Below are positions 18,055 to 23,717 of a stretch of 23,717 bases of DNA, one piece after another (position 1 is the first letter of the stretch; every line of letters begins with the position of its first letter). A program made the position numbers and the translations under genes. The notes beneath the pieces are model-generated. The model did not search any database, had not been told where the DNA came from, and was given only the letters and a program-made list of their open reading frames with translations. Source of the DNA: Gemmatimonadota bacterium (lineage in GTDB: Bacteria; Gemmatimonadota; Gemmatimonadetes; Palauibacterales; KS3-K002); the NCBI GenBank assembly GCA_039586795.1, contig JBDHJS010000051.1, positions 1-23,717 of the forward strand, given 5' to 3'.

Positions 18055-18739
18055 GGCCGTCGGCGACGAACTTGTAGCCGACTCCACGCACGTTGACGAT
18101 GTACTTCGGCTCCGCCGGGTCGTCTTCCAACTTCTTGCGCAGGTGAGAGACGTGGGTGTCGACGGTGCGCGGGAAGACGTCCCAGTCGTCGCCCCATACT
18201 TCGTTGAGTATGGTGTCGCGACGGAGCACTTCATTCGGGTGGCTGACCAGCAGGCGCAGTAACGCGAACTCCCGCGCTGTCAGCTCGACATGCGCTCCGG
18301 CACGTTTCACCTCGTAGCCTTTGAAATCGACATCGACGTCACCGAACGTTACATGTTCGAGAGGGGGATCGCTGGGTGTCGCTCGCCGGAGCAATGCTTT
18401 CACCCGGGCGAGCAGTTCCCGGGGGCTGAACGGCTTGGTGACGTAGTCGTCGGCGCCCAGCTCGAGACCTAATACCTTATCCACCTCCTGGCTCTTCGCT
18501 GTGAGCATCAGGACCGGCGTCGTGTCGCCCGCCGTTCGCAAGTTCTTGCAGATCTCGAACCCGTCTATCGACGGGAGCATGACGTCGAGCAGGATCAGGT
18601 CGTAGCCGCCTTGCTTCGCCCGCTCGAGCCCCCGAGCACCGTCTGTTTCACCCGTCACAGCGTAACCCTCGAGGAGAAGATCGTCCTCCAGCGCCATCAG
18701 GATGCTCTGCTCATCTTCGATGATCAGGATCTTAGGCAT
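18050..18739 (-). CDS. OmpR/PhoB-family response regulator
   Basis: Receiver motifs IIEDE, LILLDVMLP, LTAK, ADDYVTKPF. Winged-helix motifs LTAREFALL, RTVDTHVSHLRKKLE, VRGVGYKF. Confidence 0.95.
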   Translation of the reverse strand: MPKILIIEDEQSILMALEDDLLLEGYAVTGETDGARGLERAKQGGYDLILLDVMLPSIDGFEICKNLRTAGDTTPVLMLTAKSQEVDKVLGLELGADDYVTKPFSPRELLARVKALLRRATPSDPPLEHVTFGDVDVDFKGYEVKRAGAHVELTAREFALLRLLVSHPNEVLRRDTILNEVWGDDWDVFPRTVDTHVSHLRKKLEDDPAEPKYIVNVRGVGYKFVADGP

Positions 18740-20834
18740 CGCTCTGCTCCGTCATGACCGGAAGCTCAATGGAGAATGTGCTACCGCGGCCTAGCTCGCT
18801 CTCGACTCTGACGGCGCCGCCGTGCGCCTCCACAATCTCTTTCACCAGTGTCAGCCCCAATCCACTTCCGCGAACCGATCGCGTCAGCTCATCACCGCCT
18901 CGATAGAAACGCTCGAACACTCGGTCGATATCGTGCGCCTGGATTCCTACACCGGAATCCTCGACGTCGACGATAACGCACCCATCCTTCTCAGCCGCCC
19001 GGAGACGGACTTGTTTCGCTTCATCAGAATACTGGACCGCGTTGTCCAACAGATTGGAGATCGCCTGGCCGATCGCCTCCCTGTCCGCACGCACGGGTGG
19101 TAGCGCCGCCTCGATCGACGCCTCCACGGCGTAGCCCTCATGCCCTACGCGGTGCTCGACCATCGTCGCCAGCTCGTTCACAAGCTCGCCGACATCCACC
19201 GCCTCGAACCGGAACTCTTTTCGCCCCTCTTCGATCCGGGCCAGGTCGAGGATGTTCGTGACCAGCGAAGAGAGCCGCGAGCTTTGCTCGACCAGTACGT
19301 CGTAGTAGCGGCGGCGCCGCTCTTCCGAGGGGACACGGTCCGACTGCAGCATCTCGGCCAACTGACGGATCGATGTTAGGGGGCTCTTGAACTCGTGCGA
19401 CACCGTGGAAACGAAATCGGACTTCAGCTTCGCCAGCTCCAGCTCATGGACCACGGCGCGTATGGTAAGGATCGTACCGAACACTAGGATGGTCGCGATG
19501 AGCACGAACATGTAGAGATAGACGCTCTGGCTGGATGCGAAGAGAACGACGTATGGGCTCTGCGGCCGGTCGTAGAACTCGACCAGCCAGGGCGGGACGT
19601 TGCTACTGAACGTCGCGTTGACGGTGAGCGACCCCGGCAGTGGACCCTCGGCGCCCGCCATCAACAAGCCACCATCTCTATCCCGCACGACCCAATCCGT
19701 CGTCTTCGGATCAACGTGCTCTTCCAGAGCCGGGCGCAACAGCCCGCTCTTCAAGTGCTCCGAATCGAGTAGAACGCCCCAATAGCCCGCTTCATCGCGC
19801 GTCGGCAACGCGATGAGATACGTCTCCCCGCCGCTATCGAGCGTGAAACGGCGGCCCGCGCTTTCCGGATCGCTCGGGTCGACATCCGCACGCGCCAGCA
19901 CATCGTTTGCAGCGCTCCGCTGAAAGAAAAGCAAACGCTCCGTTGCCGTACGGCATTCCAGCTCGCGTGCACGGAGCGAGTCGTAGTCTTGCGTCACCCC
20001 TGCCGTGAGACTCGCGATCGCAGTTCCCGCCTGGCCAGCGAAGAAGTCGAACTGAGCCCGCTCCAACCGCCACTCTCCCTCTACGAGGCGTTGGTATAGA
20101 CGCACGTAGGCTTCGCGTGCTCCAGTAGAGTCGTCCTGCGCCAGCAACAATGTGGCGTGTTCTAGTAGCGCGATGGGCCCGACCGGCACCCCGGCCGCCG
20201 TCCTCACCTGGCCGTAGTCGCTGGCCAGCGTCTCACACGTCGCGATCGCGGCGATCGCATCGCCAGCCTTGCGCTGCACCCGGGCGATCGCGATGAGCGC
20301 TTCGCTCTCCAACACGGGATCGGAGACCGCGGCTAGCGCTTGCCGGTAACTCGCCAGCGCCGATTCATAGGCGCGTTGTTGAAACTCTTGCCGCTGGCCC
20401 GACTGTATCCGGGTGGCTGCTGATCCGGACCAGGCAGACGAGGTGGCCGCAGCCAGCGACGCGTCGGTGTGAAATAGCAGATCGGCTGACCGGAGGTGGA
20501 CTCGGCCGTCCGTCTCGAGGTAGAAGACTTCCTCTACCAGAGGCTCTCGCGTCTTGAGTAAGTGCAGCGAATCGGCCAACAGAGGATCGAGTGGATCGCT
20601 GTGGCGCGAGACGGCGGCGGATACAGCGTACTCTACCGACGCGATCCGCCGGTCGACGGTGTCGCCCACCAGCTCGGCCAGCGCCCGATGTTCGCCGAGC
20701 CTTCGCTGCTCAAGCAATGCTAGCTCGTTCCGGATACCGCGAAAGGCCAGGTAAGCCAGAGCAAGGCTCGGAATGCCGACGCCGAGCAGGAAGAGCAGCG
20801 CGATCTTCCTGCGTCCAAGCAGTGACAGCTCCAT
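18732..20834 (-). CDS. Membrane sensor histidine kinase with a large periplasmic TPR-like region
   Basis: Two hydrophobic segments flank a ~400-aa extracytoplasmic region. H-box VSHEFKSPLTSI, N-box NLLDNAVQY, DSGVGI, FERFYR, GSGLGL. Overlaps the regulator start. Start uncertain (20834 or 20855). Confidence 0.92.
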   Translation of the reverse strand: MELSLLGRRKIALLFLLGVGIPSLALAYLAFRGIRNELALLEQRRLGEHRALAELVGDTVDRRIASVEYAVSAAVSRHSDPLDPLLADSLHLLKTREPLVEEVFYLETDGRVHLRSADLLFHTDASLAAATSSAWSGSAATRIQSGQRQEFQQRAYESALASYRQALAAVSDPVLESEALIAIARVQRKAGDAIAAIATCETLASDYGQVRTAAGVPVGPIALLEHATLLLAQDDSTGAREAYVRLYQRLVEGEWRLERAQFDFFAGQAGTAIASLTAGVTQDYDSLRARELECRTATERLLFFQRSAANDVLARADVDPSDPESAGRRFTLDSGGETYLIALPTRDEAGYWGVLLDSEHLKSGLLRPALEEHVDPKTTDWVVRDRDGGLLMAGAEGPLPGSLTVNATFSSNVPPWLVEFYDRPQSPYVVLFASSQSVYLYMFVLIATILVFGTILTIRAVVHELELAKLKSDFVSTVSHEFKSPLTSIRQLAEMLQSDRVPSEERRRRYYDVLVEQSSRLSSLVTNILDLARIEEGRKEFRFEAVDVGELVNELATMVEHRVGHEGYAVEASIEAALPPVRADREAIGQAISNLLDNAVQYSDEAKQVRLRAAEKDGCVIVDVEDSGVGIQAHDIDRVFERFYRGGDELTRSVRGSGLGLTLVKEIVEAHGGAVRVESELGRGSTFSIELPVMTEQSDA

Positions 20835-21072
20835 GGGTAAGGAAGCGTGCGGCACAGGAGGTGTGCCCGGTCACGCCCTGACCAATGGTGCCGATGTCCG
20901 CGGAGTCGCGCAAGAACAGCGACGGCTAGTCACCGTGACCCAACGCCTCATCTCTTTATCCCCCAACACCTTCCGTCATCCGACCGCCCCGGCGGCAATC
21001 GGCTTCACGAACTTCCCGACTCCCCGAATCGCTGAATCAGATTCCGGGATTCCCACCCAAGACCGTCCGCGG

Positions 21073-21101
21073 TTGACACCCCTCAGTGCCCCCAATACGT
21101 T
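21073..21101 (+). promoter_or_regulatory. Sigma70-type promoter of the tRNA operon
   Basis: TTGACA (21073-78), 17-nt spacer, TACGTT (21096-101), GC-rich discriminator, 16 nt before tRNA-fMet. Confidence 0.8.
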
Positions 21102-21117
21102 TCGGCCTCAAAACGAG

Positions 21118-21191
21118 TGCGGGGTGGAGCAGTCAGGTAGCTCGCCGGGCTCATAACCCGGAGGTCGTGGGTTCGAATCCCACCCCCGCTA
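21118..21191 (+). tRNA. tRNA-fMet (CAT), initiator
   Basis: Anticodon arm ccggg-ctCATaa-cccgg with three G-C pairs, 1:72 mismatch (T:T), TTCGAAT T-loop. CCA not encoded. Confidence 0.95.
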
Positions 21192-21226
21192 CTTGGAGTT
21201 GGACGAAGCAAAGAGAGGGTCGCCAA

Positions 21227-21295
21227 GTGAGTCATCTTTTTGGCAGCAGCTGGTACCTGACCCACGCGTTCTTCAACTTTAGAGAACGCGCCTAG
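21227..21295 (+). CDS. Putative 22-aa attenuator leader peptide MSHLFGSSWYLTHAFFNFRERA
   Basis: SD-like AGAGAGGG (21212-19) lies 7 nt before GTG. The TAG stop overlaps the 5' arm of the antiterminator. Codons match the downstream tRNA anticodons. Confidence 0.7.
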   Translation: MSHLFGSSWYLTHAFFNFRERA

Positions 21296-21342
21296 CGCAG
21301 GTGCGGCTGGCCCTTTTCGGCCGGAGTGAAGCCCGCCTGCGC
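21295..21342 (+). promoter_or_regulatory. Putative antiterminator hairpin
   Basis: GCGCAGGTG(C)GGCT (21295-308) pairs with AGCCCGCCTGCGC (21330-42): 13 bp with one G-U and one bulge. Inner stem GGCC-cttttc-GGCC. Confidence 0.65.
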
Positions 21343-21365
21343 CAACGCCGCAAGCGGGCTTTTTT
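21329..21365 (+). terminator. Intrinsic terminator inside the tRNA operon (attenuator)
   Basis: AAGCCCGC-c-TGCG, loop ccaacgc, CGCA-a-GCGGGCTT, with a T6 tract at 21360-65. Confidence 0.8.
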
Positions 21366-21408
21366 CGTACAGCTGTTTGACAGACTAGATTGTTGGTGAA
21401 GGTGGTAT

Positions 21409-21480
21409 TCCCGGGTAGCTCAGCGGCAGAGCGGGTGGCTGTTAACCACTAGGTCGTCGGTTCGAATCCGACCCCGGGAG
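21409..21480 (+). tRNA. tRNA-Asn (GTT)
   Basis: Acceptor TCCCGGG/CCCGGGA, anticodon arm ggtgg-ctGTTaa-ccact, TTCGAAT loop. Confidence 0.95.
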
Positions 21481-21503
21481 CTTAGGTGGACACTGGACGA
21501 CCG

Positions 21504-21576
21504 GGCTGGGTAGCTCAGCTGGTAGAGCACGGGACTGAAAATCCCGGTGTCGGCGGTTCGAGTCCGCCCCCAGCCA
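21504..21576 (+). tRNA. tRNA-Phe (GAA)
   Basis: Acceptor GGCTGGG/CCCAGCC, anticodon arm cggga-ctGAAaa-tcccg. Confidence 0.95.
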
Positions 21577-21588
21577 TGGAGTGGGTTT

Positions 21589-21661
21589 AGGCCCGTAGCT
21601 CAATTGGCAGAGCACCGGTCTCCAAAACCGGGGGTTGCAGGTTCGAGTCCTGCCGGGCCTG
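21589..21661 (+). tRNA. tRNA-Trp (CCA)
   Basis: Acceptor AGGCCCG/CGGGCCT, anticodon arm ccggt-ctCCAaa-accgg. Confidence 0.95.
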
Positions 21662-21665
21662 TGCT

Positions 21666-21737
21666 GCTCGCGTAGCTCAGTGGTAGAGCGCTTCCTTGGT
21701 AAGGAAGAGGTCGCGGGTTCAATCCCCGCCGCGAGCT
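21666..21737 (+). tRNA. tRNA-Thr (GGT)
   Basis: Acceptor GCTCGCG/CGCGAGC, anticodon arm cttcc-ttGGTaa-ggaag. Confidence 0.95.
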
Positions 21738-21755
21738 TAGTAGTTTCGGCTGGAG

Positions 21756-21829
21756 GCGCCAGTAGCTCAGTCGGATAGAGCAGCGGCCTTCTAAGCCGCA
21801 GGTCCGGGGTTCGAATCCCTGCTGGCGCA
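21756..21829 (+). tRNA. tRNA-Arg (TCT)
   Basis: Acceptor GCGCCAG/CTGGCGC, anticodon arm gcggc-ctTCTaa-gccgc. Confidence 0.95.
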
Positions 21830-21833
21830 TTCC

Positions 21834-21905
21834 GCCCCCGTCGTCTAACGGTTAGGACACCAGTCTTTCAAGCTGGCGGTAGGAGTTCGATTCTCCTCGG
21901 GGGCG
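21834..21905 (+). tRNA. tRNA-Glu (TTC)
   Basis: Acceptor GCCCCCG/CGGGGGC, anticodon arm ccagt-ctTTCaa-gctgg. Confidence 0.95.
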
Positions 21906-21920
21906 CTGGAAAACAACATA

Positions 21921-21993
<73 letters not shown>

Positions 21994-22007
21994 CTCCGGT
22001 AGTTCTC

Positions 22008-22047
22008 AGCGCGGTATGGCTAGCGAGCCTACCGCGCTTTCTCTTTT
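22008..22047 (+). terminator. Intrinsic terminator ending the tRNA operon
   Basis: AGCGCGGTA(t)GGCT-agcg-AGCCTACCGCGCT followed by TTCTCTTTT. Confidence 0.8.
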
Positions 22048-22074
22048 CAGCCCCGCTTCTGCCTTCGCTGAGTG

Positions 22075-22632
22075 TCAGAAGACGATGCCCAGTTGAGCGC
22101 CCAGTCTGAGGTTGCTGAAATCCGCTTCCACTGCCTCGAAGCCTTGGAGCAGCTGGTACTTAGCACTGATCCCGAAATAGAACCAATTCACGCGATAGCC
22201 GAAATCGCCAAAAATCTGTCCGCCGAACAGCCACTCATGGTAGGTCACGCTTGGGGCGCCCAAGATGCGGTCGTGGAATTCGGCTCGCGCATAGGATAGA
22301 CCGACGCCACCATCGAGAACGAAATACGAGCCCACTCCCCTCGCGTACTTTAGGTTGAGCTCGAGGGGCACCAATGCCATCTCGTCGGTTAAGATTGCCA
22401 TGCTGTAGGCCGCGGCGACTTCCGCCCCCAAGTACAGGTTGCCGGCAACTCGAGCATAGCCTTCGAGCCCCAGGTAGATGCCGTCATCTTCGACAACACC
22501 TTCGGAAAACACGACATATCCTAACTTTACCGAAACACTGCCCTTCCCCAACGGCGCGCTATCCTGAGCGTAAAGCGCCACTGGTTTCGCAGCAGCGAAG
22601 GCGAACATCGCAACAAGAACCGCTCTCTTCAC
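22075..22632 (-). CDS. Small outer-membrane beta-barrel protein
   Basis: GTG start, signal peptide (...LYA-QD), alternating hydrophobic strands and C-terminal LRLGAQLGIVF ending in Phe. Confidence 0.78.
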   Translation of the reverse strand: MKRAVLVAMFAFAAAKPVALYAQDSAPLGKGSVSVKLGYVVFSEGVVEDDGIYLGLEGYARVAGNLYLGAEVAAAYSMAILTDEMALVPLELNLKYARGVGSYFVLDGGVGLSYARAEFHDRILGAPSVTYHEWLFGGQIFGDFGYRVNWFYFGISAKYQLLQGFEAVEADFSNLRLGAQLGIVF

Positions 22633-22912
22633 TGAAGGCTTTCCTTTCTCTTCGTTGAAGGCTCTCCTTCCCTCGGCAGCTGGGGAGCACGAAGTGGTGT
22701 GAAGATACAGTGGCCGCGCACAGGTAACTAGGTTCGCCCCTGGTGTCCAGGGGCTTTTTGCGTCAAGCAGCTACGTAGGCGTATTTTACAAATTGGGCTG
22801 AAGACGTTCCCCCTATAGCCCTATTCGACTCCTTGAGGACCCATCGGCCCGGCTCGCTCTCATCAGACGCGACTGAGATTCGTTCGAGCGCTGGGGGAGG
22901 AAGACGCACGAA

Positions 22913-23717
22913 GTGAAACGCACCATCCTGCTGTTCTGTCTAATCGCAGTCGTGGCCTGTGATGAAGAGACGACGGAAGCACCCCTTGGCGCACCGAACA
23001 TCGTCTTCATCCTGACTGACGATCTCGATTGGCGGTCCATGCCCTATCTGGATCGCCTCACGAATCTTGCCAGCCAGGGTCTCGTCTTTAATTACTACTT
23101 TGTTTCGGCCTCCAGCTGTACTCCTTCGCGGGCTTCAACGCTGCGCGCGCAGTATCCGCACAACAACGGAGTGCTGACGAACTACCCGCCACTCGGCGCC
23201 TACTACCGCTTCAGCGAATTGAGTCTCGATGTATCCACCGTCGCCACCTGGCTGCAGGAGGCCGGTTACCGCACCATGTTCTTGGGGAAGTACATCAACG
23301 GATACCCGGGAGGGGAAGGAGAGACCTACATCCCGCCGGGTTGGAGTGAGTGGTGGGCACCCCTCGGCCCCCTCTGGTATTTCGATTTCAAAGCGAATCA
23401 TAACGGAGGGGTCGTCGATTACCCTTGCTGCGACTACTACGGCACGGATGTCATGGCTGCAACAGCCGTGGATTTCATACGCCGCGCTGCGGATAATGAT
23501 GAGCCGTTCTTCATGTACCTAAGTACCCAAGCACCGCACAAACCAGCCGAGCCGCCGGCGCGCTACGCTGGAGCGCTATCGCACGTGAGTGCTCCGCGAC
23601 CACCGTCCTTCAATGAGGCAGACAGGTCCGACAAACCCAGCAAGGTACGATCCCGTCCGTTACTAACGCCGGAGAAGATCGACGAGGCCGACGAACTCTT
23701 CCGTCAACGTCTGCGCT
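22913..23717 (+). CDS. Cys-type (formylglycine) sulfatase lipoprotein, N-acetylglucosamine-6-sulfatase-like; 3' end outside the window
   Basis: Absent from the ORF track because it has no stop in the window. My translation from GTG 22913: MKRTILLFCLIAVVAC...PNIVFILTDD...SSCTPSRAS.LRAQYPHNNGV...LQEAGYRTMFLGKYINGY...APHKP. The CxPxR Cys codon is at 23117. GGGAGG lies upstream. Confidence 0.9.
   Translation, partial: MKRTILLFCLIAVVACDEETTEAPLGAPNIVFILTDDLDWRSMPYLDRLTNLASQGLVFNYYFVSASSCTPSRASTLRAQYPHNNGVLTNYPPLGAYYRFSELSLDVSTVATWLQEAGYRTMFLGKYINGYPGGEGETYIPPGWSEWWAPLGPLWYFDFKANHNGGVVDYPCCDYYGTDVMAATAVDFIRRAADNDEPFFMYLSTQAPHKPAEPPARYAGALSHVSAPRPPSFNEADRSDKPSKVRSRPLLTPEKIDEADELFRQRLR

Noticed and set aside
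21086..21295. 69-aa ORF from the track running through tRNA-fMet
   Set aside because: It starts inside the promoter spacer and overlaps a tRNA. Only the SD-preceded last 22 codons are credible.
21377..21408. Second TTGACA just after the internal terminator as an independent promoter for the elongator tRNAs
   Set aside because: No -10-like hexamer at 16-18 nt spacing (AAGGTG/AGGTGG/GGTGGT). TAGATT is only 3 nt away. It is not called, but it remains the main alternative that TSS mapping should exclude.
21192..21408. T-box riboswitch explanation for the spacer
   Set aside because: I see no T-box consensus (UGGNACC in the antiterminator bulge next to the terminator, AGUA/GNUG stem I motifs). 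TGGTACC at 21251-57 is about 75 nt from the terminator and lies in the Trp-Tyr-Leu codons. An Rfam RF00230 scan would settle it.
21600..21830. 76-aa minus-strand ORF
   Set aside because: Antisense to tRNA genes, a common artefact.

Overview
GC-rich bacterial window. On the + strand: the 3' part of a large protein with at least 5 Cys-containing 90-aa repeats (InlB B-repeat-like) fused to a beta-propeller phytase, then a two-gene unit (APH/choline-kinase-fold protein; nucleotidyltransferase-like plus thymidylate-kinase-like fusion). A long run of - strand genes follows, in transcription order: sensor histidine kinase, OmpR-family regulator, three paralogous TPR + PD40/TolB-like propeller proteins with a small lipoprotein between them, a GlcD-GlcE fused FAD oxidase, a 3D-domain protein, PduO-type adenosyltransferase, an alpha/beta hydrolase and an NTF2/DUF4440 lipoprotein. 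Next is a + strand operon of eight tRNAs (fMet, Asn, Phe, Trp, Thr, Arg, Glu, Ala), an outer-membrane beta-barrel gene (-) and a truncated sulfatase (+). The standout is the spacer between tRNA-fMet and the seven elongator tRNAs. It holds an SD-led 22-codon ORF containing the exact cognate codon for each of the seven downstream tRNAs, followed by mutually exclusive antiterminator/terminator hairpins. This is a candidate ribosome-mediated attenuator by which a tRNA operon senses its own products. All calls come from reading the sequence; no searches or folding programs were run.
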